Counted from the first letter of the stretch, positions 38,750 to 52,320 are shown. The stretch is DNA of 64,000 nt from Podarcis gaigeae (GCA_964106915.2 OZ066929.1); one strand, 5' to 3'. Made by a program: numbers and translations. Notes: a model not told the origin generated them from the sequence alone.

Positions 38750-41700
38750 TCAACGCTCTCCTCCTTAACAAAGGGCTGCAATTTGTCAAATGGGGGACCT
38801 TCTGAACAGCCAGTTTCTTTTCTCCACACACTCCTATCTCAAAGACAGTAATTCACATTAAAGAGAATAGATGAGCTACACAGTAGGAACTGAACTACCA
38901 GCTTCCTAAGTGGACAGGACGTGGCTTGGAGAACTGAACCCCTTCTTCCAGCTCAAGCTTGGAGGCCCAAGGGGATGCTAAATGCAGCTTCCTCTCTCTG
39001 CCTTAGCTGCAACAGCCACCACCAGCATGGACTGGGCCTGCAGAATCTACCATGATCCAAATCTGAAGACAGGCCAAATATCAGGATACTTCCACATGCA
39101 ATCCCAGTAGAAAACCAGCTGGTTCCCATTAGAACTATTCCCCCACCCATTTATTATAATAAAATATTAATTAAAGAAGAAGAAGAGCCATCCCTTCACC
39201 CAGGCAGGAGGTGCCTGACAACAAAAACTGCATTAAAGAACAGGCTCAGAGGGGAGAATGGGGTTTGAGGAGGCTAAAACATAGCAAAGGAGCAACAGGA
39301 CTACAAGAACAAGCCCCAGTTATCCAGAGCAAGCTTTGTGCCCTGGAAGGAACCACACCCAACTGCTCCTGTACACAAACCAACACACACCCAGCTATGA
39401 CAGCTGTATTTCCATCTCCACTCCCTACATCCTGGTTCCTGCCTCTGACACACAGATCTGCCGGGCCAAGGGCACCACCGCCTACCCATATGATGTGGAT
39501 GTTGCTGATACCACCATTACCCCCCCCTTGCTTATTTGTACAGCTCCTCCTTAGGCATACAGAGAGGCATAAAAGCCTGCAGTGAATGTTGGCACTTCAT
39601 TCTCTCCCAGATGATGTTAGAAAGCACTTGCTGCTCCACCTGTGTGGAGCTAGAGAGGGGAAGCATCAGGAGGAGGAGAGGGCAATGATTGATGTTCCAC
39701 GGAAGGTGGGGTCCAACTTGCACCAAAGTCTACAAGTTCTGTTAGCTTTCAGTGAATCTGAAAGCGCTAGGACAGATCTGGAGATTGACCAAACCATTCA
39801 ACCCCTCATTCAAAAAGCACATGAAGTTAGGTTAGCAGCGAGAGGAGATAAATGGAAGATTTGCATCCAGAGAAGGAAGGGGCAGAAGTTGATGTTTATG
39901 AAATATTACTCTGAAGCACCGATAACTAAAGACTTGCTTCACTTACAGTGATAGCTCCTAGATGCAGCACAGAAGCACAATCACGCGCTCCTCCCTCCAT
40001 TTTATATGAGCAGCTGTCTCATTCCCCCATTCGGTTCTTCTTCAGACATAAGAATTGAATTGGAATCACCAATTCAGAAAGAGATACCCTTTCTCGCTTT
40101 TAAAGTTTTCACCTAGAAGCACATTCAAAACACAAACACATGCACACACATGATCCAGCCCACACCAAGAACCAGGAGAATATGAGATCAGCTTTGGTGA
40201 GGCTTTGCCACCAAAGTTTTCTCATACATGGAGAAAATGGACAGCTGCTAAGGGAGTGATGCTGAAACTAGGTTGGCAATACAAAGGCAGAGAAAGAACA
40301 ATTGGCGGAAGGAGCCAAAAAGGGAAAGGGGCAGATGTCACACATGCCTCTGGGCTCCGGCAACACACCCCTGGCCAAGCACACACTCATCCAATGGACA
40401 TTCAATGACAACACGCAGCCAGCGATTCTGCTGGTGTCACCAATTTTCAAAGCCTGCAGCAGAACATGCCTCCTAACTGCAACTGAAATCTACATTTCAG
40501 AGAGAAGCTCTCCCCACCCCCGCCCTGCATCAGCACCAGTCTGAAAAGAGGGTCACTCTGCTGGGATGTAACGCAAGCACCAGCACAAAGTGTTAGGTGC
40601 CAGTAAGAGAAAAAGAGAACAGTCACCCCGACACGTCACCTTGTTCTCAGGTCACATCTGTCCCTGCAGGCTATCAGCCAACAAAACCCAAACCCTAAAC
40701 TGTATTGTGCTTTCAGGATGAACACCTTCACAACAAGCAGATTTTGCATGAAAAGCTTTAAAGAGCAAGGGAGGGAAACAAGCTATATAAAGCCATACAG
40801 CAAACACCCCAGAATTCCAAGGTGCCGCTCCATTTGGAAATGTTGCAAAAGGTTTCATGCTTTGTACACAAAATGCAGTTCTCCACAAGGAAGCAAGAGC
40901 ACAATTTCTGCAACGTATTACCAAAGCTCAAAATGAAAGTGCTGCCATCCATGGCTTTCACCTGGTGAAAATCCTTTGCTCAGGGGGCAGCAAGGTTTTC
41001 ATGGTCCAGGGGAACAAGACTTTCGTTTGGAGGCTAAACTGTGTTCGAAGGGTCTTGTGCTACCTTAAAAATGTTAACAAATTAAGATAAAAGCTTGCAG
41101 GGACTAGAGCCCATTTCATAAAAGGGAAGTTTGGCCAAGGCCTCCCAGCAAACGGACTCTCAGCAGAACCGTCAGGCCCCCAGAAGCCTAGGTGCGATGC
41201 TGCTGTGCCTCAGCCATGAGGCCACTCCACATGTTCTCTCCTTTCCTTCTTCAGCAGCAGCATCTAATAGCAGGTGGCCCTACCAGCCCTACTGCCAGCC
41301 AAGCCCACAGAGAGAAGGAAAATTAAGAAACAAGCAGAGCTACCAAGGATCACCAGGAGTCAAGCACCAAGCAGCTGGCTAAGCACCTTTTAATGTGCTG
41401 CTGCCCCATGAACAAACTTTCCGCTGAATTTATTTCACTTTCCTACACATGAGAATGGCAGGAGCTTACGTGAATGGATGGAAATTCCACCAGACTTGGC
41501 TGGCACTTCCCAAAGTCATCCACTTCCCCCCTCCCATAGAAAAGAACTGTGCCACAAGCACTTTGGATTAGCCCAGCTGCTGCTGCTACTGCTGCTGTCC
41601 CTCCTACACACTCAAAGTGTTGTCAGGATCATTTTTCATGGAAGGGACAGGGGAATAAGAGGCACAAGTGTTAACAACTCTAAAGTCCACAGGCCTGCTG

Positions 41701-44310
41701 TAGCAGCAGCAGGAGGAGGATTAACTCTTTCGCCCCAAAGGTCAACCAATGAGATACTTGCCAAGAGATGACAAGGGGCGGCGGCAGCTGCACAGCCCCT
41801 TCAGATCAGCTTTTCAAACAGCATTGCTCACCCCACAGTGGGTGCTCATACCTGGTTCTGAAAATTTAGCTAGTGCAGCCATGGCAGCATGAGCAGAATT
41901 GTGCACCTTGATGGCAATGGTGTCAAGGGCATGGTGGGCCAGATTTCATCTGCAAGGCCAAACGACCATTTGAGGGCTGGGCAATGGAGGCAAGGTTGAC
42001 TGGGAGACGCCTGAATTTGCCCACAACCCAAGCGCTAAAGAGCACAGTGATTTAGCCAGGAAAGTTCTGCTCCACTGTTTATGATGGATGCAGCTGTTTG
42101 TTTCTCTGCCACACAGAGAGACGATTCAGTGGCAAGGAAGCTACTGCATTTCCAGAGCAGAGTACTGAAGGGCAGCTGCAGAGAGAAGGGATTGCTCAAG
42201 AGGAAACATAACAAGGCTGGAGCCCAGCATGGAGCTGCTTCAAATGAAATGCAGATGAGATTCAAATGAAGAGCTCTCTCTTAAGGGAGCCACTGCCATT
42301 TCAAAACAAGAAGGGAACAGTCGCCTCCTCTCCCAGCCTCGCCACCTGGGTGCCACGTAAGGTCTTGGAGAGGCACTCTCCAACACCCTGGAGGTTCTAC
42401 TCTGGGGCCATGGGCAGCCAGGCCATGGGCAAATCCAGGCTTTAATCCTCTGTATCCACAAAGCCCCTCTTGTGCAGCACAGTTGTAGGGACGGGAGCAG
42501 TTGTGAAAAAAGTATTAAAGGTAGACAAAAGACACCCACATTTCAGATTACATATATGGGCATATATGTTTGATTTTTGCCGTGGATTTACAATGTGAGC
42601 TTTACACAGCAAAGTATTTCCTTTCCACTTTGGAGAAGAGCACAGATGAGCTATTATGGACAATTCAGCACTTGTGCAAATAATGGTGATTTTAACGTCT
42701 TTACCCAAAAATAAATATCAGTGCAAATCTCTAACTTTGTTCTTGCCTGAAACTTTTGATTGAAGAATAGAAAGGTTAATAATGGGGCATAATTTACTTC
42801 TTCAAAAGTAGAGCTGGACTTTCATTCAAACTGGGAGCTTGTTACGTGGAACTGCTGCATCCCACAGCTGATTCATACGTAACAAGCAGCTTTGAAGCCT
42901 GAGAATCACTGCTCACAGCAGTGCCCTACTTGTCCCAGCAGTGCCATGTCGGCAAGGCATACTCACAGAAGATGCAGCATAGGGACAAGTCAGCCCTGTG
43001 CATGGAAGCTGCTGCGCCTTCTGCGAGTCAGCTGTGCTAGCATGGTACTGCTTGCAGAAGTAGAGCACCGCCATGGGCAGCGATTCACACCTTTCACAGG
43101 CACTCCTCCATAACACATAATGACGCAGCTCCCAAAAGTAAAAAGGTCTTGGGGAGATTTTCTGGATTTTGCATTCATACAGCACTCATCTGTAAATGCA
43201 CACAAGCACAGCATCTGAACAGTCCATCCTATGTCCTCAGTTGTCTACAAAACAAAGCGGCAGAGAAGAAATCCTACACTAAAAGGAGGGCCTTCTCCCA
43301 GATTCATCAGAATGACAAAAGAAGCAATAATTATAAGTTAGAAAACCTGCAGCCTGGTGGTGCCTTGTTCTTCAGGCCTTATAGAGCCGCAGCTCAAAAA
43401 CACACACAAAACAAGCAATTATTTAGGCTGCAATTAAAAGATGAGAATTTTTATGTTTGGAAGTGGGAGTATCAAAAGCACAAGTGAAATGTAAGGGGCA
43501 ATGAGGAGGATTTGAGAGAGCTCCACAAACAAGCAGTTGCTTCCCAGGCAGAAGAGGCTCCCCAGAGGAATATCAAAGGACAGGCAGAGGCCCCAATCCA
43601 AGATCAGCAGGCAAGTGTTTTGGAACTGCAGTCACGGGACAGCTCAGTTATTTTAATTTCATGGCCTTTATTGACCAAAGTCTACTGCACAAAGAACATA
43701 CTTCTAGAGAACATAGCACCCAAAACAAAGCCCTTCCCAGCCTCAATCTAGCTGAGAAAGAATGCAACAGAAAATTAACTCTGATTCAGTATTGGCCTCC
43801 AAAAGCTCGCCAACCACTGGCCCCCAATGCTGGTTGTCTCAAGAGTTGAAGACCACCAGGGAACAGTAGGCACTTCCTGCCTGTGACCTCAGTTTCCTTC
43901 CTCACGCCCCTCCTCAAGAAAAATGTCCACCAAAGGAAGAGTGATGCTCTCCATAGCTGCTACCCAAGCAGTGCTCTTCAGCTGGAAGCTACAAAGCAGT
44001 ACAGTAAGCCCACAACATACGCACATTTAATTTGTACACATTCAGGTTTACATGCATCTGGGGGAAATGACTTTGGCAATCCCACCTGCCATTGAACCCA
44101 ATGTGTTTTGGCTATACGTCGTTTTGGCTTTAGGTGCAATCCCCAGAACATAACCCACACACAAGTTGAGAGCTTACTGTACTGCGATTGACTGTCCACG
44201 CTACTAAGAGTACTGAGCTCTTCCTAGGGGTGTGCCTCAATATGCTCTGTCCACCCTAGCTGCTATCCAATTCACCTGAGCAACCACCTAAGCACACATT
44301 CACTATAGCC

Positions 44311-44446
44311 CAGGCATAGGCAAAGTCAGCCCTCCAGATGTTTTGGGACTACAACTCCCATCATCCCTAGCTAACAGGACCAATGGTCAGGGATGATGGG
44401 AACTGTAGTCCCAAAACAGCTGGAGGACCGAGTTTGCCTATGCCTG
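44311..44446. mobile_element. 136-bp hAT MITE (CAGGCATAGGCAAA TIR), opposite orientation to 23103
   Basis: TSD CT(A/C)TAGCC at 44303-44310 and 44447-44454. Confidence 0.92.
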
Positions 44447-44614
44447 CTCTAGCCTTTGCAGTGGGCACCATTTTATCACCCTTTTTATTCTTTTTTTAGG
44501 ACAGTATATAAATTTAATTAATAAAATAATAAAATAATAATCTTTTTATAAAGCAGAAAAAACATTTTCTGGTTATATTTTAAAATATTTTTATTGACTC
44601 AACAATTCTGTATT

Positions 44615-44731
44615 GTTGTTGTTGTTGTTGTTTAGTCGTGTCCGACTCTTCGTGACCCCATGGACCAGAGCACACCAGGCACTCCTGTCTTCCACTGCCT
44701 TTCGCAGTTTGGTCAGACTCATGTTTGTAGC
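44615..44731 (-). mobile_element. RTE-BovB LINE 3' end, heavily 5'-truncated
   Basis: (GTT)n tail plus agtcgtgtccgactcttcgtgaccccatggac; TSD TTCTGTATT at 44606-44614 and 44732-44740. Confidence 0.85.
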
Positions 44732-45364
44732 TTCTGTATTCTGTATTTCTTTGATACTAAAAAAGCAAAATGGAACTTAAAGAAAAGAGTGTTACTGCTC
44801 CATCAGGCCTTCCACTAAACTGCAGACTGGTCATTATGACAACAACTGCTTAAGAATCAATGTCAGAGCTTGATCCTCCTACCTTTTTTCCCTGCCTGTC
44901 CCTTTCCCTTTGCATGCCACGTTTTTAAGACTGTAACCCTGCAGACAGGAATGGTCTTGTTTTAATTTATTGTAGACTGGCTGCCTAAAGCTGAGAACAA
45001 ATGCTATAAATAAATACATTTTAAAATGACAATCTTGGGGGAAACAACTTTCTGGTCCCTATAATTTTAGCAAGGTGGCTAATGGCAGTGACTGGAAAGA
45101 TTTTTTTTTAATTGATTGGCCTAGTTTTATGGCACTATTAACACTCTTTCACTTAAGTGGAATTCTGCTGTTTTAATTACTTTTCGGGGGGCGGGGAATT
45201 ACTGACTTACAGTCATAACCATATCAACTCAGCAGTAAGCTCTACTGTACAGGTGGTACTTAACCCCCAGAAAGTTGACAATGATCCATCCTGGCACAAC
45301 ATTGCTGGAGGGACCCCCTCATACCCAGTTGAAATTTCCACATGGAGTCCCTCCCAATTCTATG

Positions 45365-46170
45365 ATTCGATGTGGTCGGAATGTAGAAAAATCCAGCCTT
45401 TCCGGAATTTGATACTTCAAGAAATGAATAAAATAGCAATTGGAAGTCAAACCAGAATTAGCTTTATTAGATATATTTCAAGGCAACAATCTGGAAATGC
45501 ATAATAAAGAATTAATAAGCCATTTATTACAAGCAGCGAGACGCAACATAACCTAAGATACTGGAAATACCTTTCTGGCACAAAGAAAGACAACTGGTGC
45601 AAAACAGTTTCAGAAACAGCTCTCCTTGAGAGATTAACAAATAAACTATATGGTTGACATGCAGACAGATCAAGAAATATGGCTTTACCCTGGTGTGGTT
45701 TAGTTTTATAACATTGCCAAGATTCCAGAAAATGCACAACCACAACCCCATCATTTGGCTCAATCTGGTTGATCTAAATTTAAATTTAAACATAAATTAT
45801 TATATTCACTATGAACCCCCCTCCCACATTCATCATGGGTAACATAAGAGGGAAAATGACTATTATTCATACTCAATCTAAACACAACCACAAGGGCTCC
45901 TGATTAGGCGTTTAACTATGCAATGTTGAATGTTATCTGCTAACTCTTTTCTATCCTGTTTCCCCTTCGTTATTGTTATTGTTTTTATTTAAACCACCCC
46001 ATGAACCAAGAACTTGTACACTGACCATTAACAATTAGCCATATGCTGTAGATATTGCTGCCTATTTATTATGCTATTATTGTGATGTACAAAAGACATG
46101 AGAAGACTTGGTCTATTTATTCATAGCATTTATTATTCCTATGTTCCTGGTTTATAAGATCCAATAAAAG
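45365..46170 (+). mobile_element. Older L1-clade fragment related to family B
   Basis: PELALLDIFQGNNLEMHNKELISHLL..AARRNIT..ETALLERLTNKL aligns by eye to the ORF at 37980-38749; frameshifted; AATAAA near 46164. Confidence 0.85.
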
Positions 46171-46979
46171 TTATTTAATTAAGTCCTACTGAGTTCAATG
46201 GGCCTCACTCCCAAGCAAGTAAGTTTAGGACTTCAGCTTTACTCATTTTCTATGGTCATATGGCCACCCGAGAACATAGTCGTCTGGTTCACAAAAATGA
46301 AAAGGTGAAAAACGCAATACAAAACCATAAAAGCAGTATAAAACTTGGTTCTGGCAGATATACACAAATCAATAAAACTGGGGTGCCACCAGCCCAAAGG
46401 CCTTCTAGGAACCACTTCAGCCTCCCTTCATTTGGCACTCAGGACAGGACTTGTGAGGAAGAGTAAGATCTTAAGTGTCAGGAGAAGGCAATATATCTAG
46501 TAGCCTGGTCCCAAGTCATTTAGTGCAATAAAGGTTAATACCAGCACTTTAAATTGGGTCAGAAACACATTATAGCTGCAAAAGCATTTCAGCACTAATC
46601 AGCTTATTGACTAAAAAAAAAATTGAATGGGGTGATAAAATAAAACCCATTGTAAAGGTTACTGGGGAAGCGGGCAGAGCTGTAATAGGTTTATCACCTG
46701 ATACATCTTTGACCAGATCAAAGCCCAAACTGTTTAAAATAGTGGCAGAATAGTACTAAGGGCAACTACACCTGTAGAGATTTGTGCAACTTGTCTTTTA
46801 TCAGAAAAATGGCAGACTTTCTGAAGTCTGAGAAAAGATGGAAGAAAACAATGGGAAAATTCAAAATGATAGTATCATGAGGGTGCCCCATAAAGAGTGA
46901 ACGAAGAATGACAATTCCACACTCAAGGCCTAGTGTGGAAGCCCCACACGTTACCAGGCACCCAAGAACATCAACGGGC

Positions 46980-47255
46980 TGAGAATTCCAATGAGTTCAC
47001 TACAAGCCATATCAAACAGCTGCTCTCTGCTGCTCCAGAGAGCGGGACCAGATTTGAGAGGCTTAAATTACAAGAGGGTCCTTCTCAGTCAAACACTAAA
47101 TGCACTATTGTCAAAAGTTGTTCAGAAATGAAGCCAGTCACCCTGATGGGAAGGCGCTCCCTCCCTAGAGTTCTTCAAGCAGAAGATACTGCACAGCCAC
47201 CTGTGGGAATTGAAGAAGTCCTACATTCCCTGCACGAGACAGGAGATTGGACTAT
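46980..47255 (+). mobile_element. CR1 LINE 3' fragment
   Basis: LLSAAPE..TR...LKLQE motif; ends ggagattggacta and resumes after the hAT insert. Confidence 0.6.
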
Positions 47256-47542
47256 CAGGGGTGGACAACTCCAAAGAGACTGCAATCTACTCACAGAGTT
47301 AAAAACTGGCAGTGATCTATCCCCTTTTTGGGGGTTCAGGTCAATGTTGTTCAGCTTTTTTTAGGGAGGAGGAAAGCCCCATTTTTTGGTGGTACAGGGC
47401 AAAAATGTTGAGCTTTTTTTAGGGGAGCCAAAAAAGTTGTTGAGCTTCTTGGGGGGGGGGGGAGCGTGTGATCTATCAATGATCTACCACAGACGTCCAG
47501 TGATCTACCGGTAGATCACGATCAACCTGTTGGACGTGCCTA
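47256..47542. mobile_element. Non-autonomous hAT element nested in a CR1 3' UTR
   Basis: Ends CAGGGGTGGACAAC / GTTGGACGTGCCTA, subterminal GATCTAC repeats, degenerate GACTA(GA)T target duplication. Confidence 0.65.
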
Positions 47543-48803
47543 GACTAGATAGCCCTCTGTGCCTTCATTAGCTCTCATGAAAGGTAGTGCAGTGACAAAT
47601 AAGCTGCTGAAGCTCATCGTGGCATTTTAGGGGGCAATTTATAACTACACCTCTCTCTCCAACTCTTTTGAGTCTATGATTTCAGCTTACAATTGAAAAG
47701 CAAGAATGAAGCCACCCCCTCTGGGAAAGAAAATTAAGTGGAGAGTCTCTCAAGATGGGCAAACTTGAAAACTAAACTATCAAGGCTTGGAGCACAATAG
47801 GTTCTTTTGGCTACAGAGTGTCAAAGCCACAGACTGAAATTTTAAGTAGGAACCTGGGGCCAGCTGACTGTGTGATGATGCTGAAGGGGCTTTCGCATAC
47901 ATCTGCCACACGCATACCCCACCTCAGAAGCCCTTTACAAATCTGTCAAGGTGGCAAGGAATATGTTTCTGTAGCATCCACAAAAGGACATCTGCCCTTG
48001 AATGTTGCAGCTTTAGCAGGTACCTAACATGGGTCTGCAACAAGGGCTCATTGAACTCATTGAAGCGTGGGAAGCATCCCTTAGTCCCATCATCTGATTC
48101 CTGCACCCTCACACCAGGACAGAAACCTACACAGGCATCCTGGGTCAGCTTCCTGCCCAGGAGAAAGTCCCTTCTTACTCGAGGAAGAGGGTGCATTTCA
48201 TGAGACAGACAGAGAAAGGGCGACCATTGTCCCCAAATGTGCAGAGATGAGGATGTGAACAACCAGCCTCTCTCTTTGGGGACTAAAAGGCCTGCAGCCT
48301 TTCACATCTGTCTCTCATGCAAAATGAAAGAGAATTTGAAAGCAGAGGCTTGGGAATAAAGCACTGCCTGTTCTGGGGGGAGGGAAGGAGGCTGGCATCA
48401 CTGTGCTTCTGCTGCCACCCATGTCATGCTCACTAACAACCAGGGTGGGGAGGAATGAGCATCCATCCAGCAACTGCCTCAAAGTCCCCAAACACCTGCC
48501 TTGTCCCATCACAAGCCCAAGTCTTCTTTGCCCATCTAACACAGGAGGAAAGCATCCCTGGACACAGAAACACCCTGTATAATGCATGTGCTGCGGCATG
48601 TGCTGCTGTTTATTTGGTTGCTGTCAGGAATGGCTGCAATTAGCATTGCAGACTTACGAAGAGAGCAGAAGCCATACAGGTACTGTTGGAGGTAGAAAAG
48701 CTCCTCCAGCAAGAACCTGGCATGAGGTTCCAGAGCAAAGGCCCCTGTTTACCTCCCATACCCACATATGCTGCATACTGCCCTGCAAAAAAGGAAGCAA
48801 GCA

Positions 48804-48845
48804 AGGAAGGAAGGAAGGAAGGAAGGATTGAAGGAAGGAAGGAAG
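48804..48845. repeat. (GGAA)n microsatellite, interrupted
   Basis: Direct observation. Confidence 0.9.
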
Positions 48846-49509
48846 GGCCAACAAATGGGGACCTCACTCATTGGTTGTCCCCCAAAGTTCCTGTCTGTGA
48901 GTGGCCAAATGCCACTGAGCACAACGTTCCTCTGCGTCTACACAGAGTGCACAGACGTAGCGCATTTGGGCCACTGCAGTTTCTCCTGTCATCCCAAGAG
49001 GATACATATGCTCAAATCCGCCTTTCCGCACAGCCATTAAAGGCACAGACCTTCCCCCCACCCCATATGGAACCTGGCAGGCTTTTGCTGAGAGTTGATG
49101 CCATCAGCTGAAGCCTGCTAGGCAGATTTAGGAACTACTCCTGAAGAGGGCTTGAAACATTTCGTCTCCCCTGCAAGACAGGCAGAAGGTGGCAGACAGG
49201 AGATTTACCGGCTGCTTGGCTTTTGCTTCAGCTCCCTACAGTTCCACTAATCTATGGCCACCTGTTCCTGGCTCAGCATGTCACTCCCCTCGCCATCACT
49301 CTCCAGCCCCTGAAAGATTTACACACACAGGAATTAAGGGAGCCCAGCAATTGGCCTTTAAGTGCTCGGATTGGTGAGGGCAGGAGAGAGCACTAAGCTT
49401 ATCTGGTTGGCTGCTGTCCCTCGCAAATGGCAACGCTTCACACATGCACACACCCAGCCCCTCTCTCTGGCTGACATATAGCATGGAGTTTGCTCAAAGG
49501 CATTCAGTC

Positions 49510-49666
49510 ACAGGAAGCTGCCTTATACCCATGTCAGACCTTCAGGTCCATCTAGCTCATATTGTCTACAGCTCTGCAGGATGTTAGACAGGGGCCAGTC
49601 CTAGCCTTACCAGGGATTGAACCTGGGACCTTCTGCATGCAAAGCAGATGCTCCAGTTTGGAGCTA
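49510..49666 (-). mobile_element. Squam3-like tRNA-derived SINE
   Basis: ccagggattgaacctgggaccttctgcatgcaaagcagatgctc (B box GGTTCAATCC on the minus strand) and aggaagctgccttatac tail. Confidence 0.8.
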
Positions 49667-50751
49667 CTCTCTCAGCAGCCAATAATCCGTTGGCTGAAAA
49701 CCTCAGCCTCTCAAGAAAAATCACTGATCCCTGTAACTGCCACAGGAGGACAAACTCCTAGCAAATGGTGAATGAAAAGAGAATCCATGCACCATTTATT
49801 CCAAGCCGCACACTAGTTACCAGCAAGTGCCTCACCTCACCCTTTCAAGCATGGACTCTTTTGGACATAGACTACAAGGAAACTCCCATCATTCCAGGAT
49901 AGTCCATCTCTTCTCCTCTCTACATACACTGGCCTGGTTTCTGGCTTGGAGAAGGAGGCCTCCTGTGGTCCCTCATCATCTTCATCATCTGCAGCTCACC
50001 ACAGGAAATATGTCCAATTGACCTGACAGGGCCTCTCAGCAGCATTGGGCGCAAAGGAACAGAAGATACTCAGGTTAAAATGCCAGGAGAGAGAGATGGA
50101 AGGAGCCTCAGATTGTCTTTTCTATGGTGGAACCACTCACATTATAGGCAAAGATAGGCTTCTTGGCTTTTCAAGCATTATTGTTCTTGAATAATGATTT
50201 GTTGAGCTTTTAAACCATGTATTTTAAATCATACTGAAGGTCGCCTGGAGTCTCCTAGCAAATAAATACAACAACAGCAGAAACTGAGTAGCCTTTCAGG
50301 GATTACACAAGACGCAGCTTGAAACCACAGCTTCAATGCTAACAGAATGAATGGACAAAATATAGCATCATCTGAGGAAGCAACAGAAACTAGGGGAGGG
50401 GTAAGACCCCTGTTATTCCAATACTTCAAGGTCAGAGGGACAATATTGTCACTGTTTAAGAACCATGGAAGGGCTGAGGGGAGAAATAAATGTGAGTGAA
50501 TTGTTTAGGTCTAAAGATAGCCAAACTCTGATAGGGAAACAGTATATACTGTATGTTGGGTATACAGGGGAAATGACAAAACATTTAGGCGGGAATCAGA
50601 CCAAGGCAATGGAATTGAACTAAAATTATATTGAATTTAGTAACAGCAGACTTTTCTCAAAAAGTCTTTAAAATTCAGTATCAAGGCTCATCCACACTTT
50701 GTGCAGCAATTTCTAGAGGTCCATCATTTGTAGCCATGGGTCTGAGTGGTT

Positions 50752-50798
50752 GTGTTGTTGTTGTTCTTTTTGTTGTTGTTGTTCTTGTTGTTGTTGTT
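50752..50798. repeat. (GTT)n imperfect microsatellite
   Basis: Direct observation. Confidence 0.85.
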
Positions 50799-50989
50799 CT
50801 GTCCTGCTGTGTTCCCCAGGAAAACCCGCTTGCTTACCACTGAATCAGAATGAACACGTCAATCCGCAGAAAACTTGATTAACATTTCTTTCAATTCATC
50901 AGTAAACAGCAGGTTTTCTCAGGGAAGGTGATGGGACAAAAAAAAAACCCCTGCTTGGATCCATGCTACAAATCAATGACCTATGCCTA

Positions 50990-51560
50990 GAAATCGTGGC
51001 ACAAACAGAAGTATGGATGAGCCCTCAATGGCATTTAACACCATACAGATTGAACCACATTTACACAATAGTACAGGCAAATTTTTTAACATATATTTTG
51101 AGAATACTCTATGATCTGGACTTTCTGAAGTATAATTCTGAATCTAATCAGAGTAATGACTGGATATCTTTTTACCGTTAGATCCAAATATATTGTTATT
51201 AGGCTATCTAAATTATTGATGTGGACTTGGAATTGGTAGTTAACCTTCTTATAGCTAACCTTCTTATAGCCCCAAAGAATAATACTGACCCTCGGATTTT
51301 GTATTGGTATTAAAATAACTTGAAATACAGCAATACTATCTAAATTAATATACTACAGAAAAATGAGTAACAAACAGCTTTCAAGCGTATTCGTGAAAGA
51401 CGGGTTTCAGTTGTGATGTTTTGGGTTAACAAGCATCAGGATACTATTCAACCCTATACTTCTTTTGTTTCATTGCAATCATGAATATGTATGATTCTTT
51501 TGTGAATATAAATATGTACTGCATTACTTCTTCTTTTATTTAAATGCAGGAAAATAAGTC
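50990..51560 (+). mobile_element. Ancient L1-clade ORF2 C-terminal remnant
   Basis: QWHLTPYRLNHIY resembles the L1 WYLTPxRL motif; AT-rich. Confidence 0.55.
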
Positions 51561-51956
51561 ACTGTTCTAACAATGTACTGTTACCAGACATTCATTTTAT
51601 TCCTTATTTCATACTTCCACCAAGCAGCTTATGGCAGCAAACACACTTCCCCTTTTCTCCTCACAACAACCTTGCAGAGAGCAGAGTATCTCAGTAAGCT
51701 TTGTAGACAAGCAAAGATTTGAGCAGGTTAAAGCCCAACATTCTAACCACCAAACCAGTGATAGCCAACATAGTAGCATCTGCAGGGAACCATGTTGAGC
51801 CCAGAGTGAGAATCAACATTAAAACTAATAAATACAGAAATCCCAGAAGCAGAAGGGGCCCTTTACACGTGGAGTGGACTTGTAATGCCTGGCCCTGCCA
51901 TAGGAAAGCTAACAGGAGTTAATTGCCAATTAAAACTCTGGGAGCAGGAACTACAT

Positions 51957-52320
51957 GGGACGCAGGTGGCGCTGTGGGTTAAAGCCTCAGCGCCTAGGAC
52001 TTGCCGATCGGAAGGTCGGCGGTTCGAATCCCTGCGGCGGGGTGCGCTCCCGCTGCTCGGTCCCAGCGCCTGCCAACCTAGCAGTTCGAAAGCACCCCCG
52101 GGTGCAAGTAGATAAATAGGGACCGCTTACCAGCGGGAAGGTAAACGGCGTTTCCGTGTGCGGCTCTGGCTCGCCAGAGCAGCGATGTCACGCTGGCCAC
52201 GTGACCCGGAAGTGTCTGCGGACAGCGCTGGCCCCTGGCCTCTTGAGTGAGATGGGCGCACAACCCCAGAGTCTGTCAAGACTGGCCCGTATGGGCAGGG
52301 GTACCTTTACCTTTACCTTT
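51957..52320 (+). mobile_element. Full-length Sauria SINE, second subfamily
   Basis: A box TGGCGCTGTGG, B box GGTTCGAATCC, (ACCTTT)3 tail, TSD AGCAGGAA(C/G)TAC at 51943-51954 and 52322-52333. Confidence 0.95.

Noticed and set aside
37980-38831. 283-aa ORF as a host gene
   Set aside because: It is an L1 ORF2 C-terminus; the start codon lies in flanking DNA beyond the TSD.
51241-51270. 15-bp tandem duplication (TAACCTTCTTATAGC)x2; also AGGTACACTTCA x2 at 6394-6426
   Set aside because: Ordinary local duplications in or next to decayed TEs.
51957-52035. tRNA gene
   Set aside because: The A and B boxes belong to the SINE head; the same applies to the element at 49510-49666.
52219-52228. REST/RE1 site (GGACAGCGC)
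   Set aside because: Only the right half-site is present, with no TCAGCACC half, and it lies within SINE sequence.
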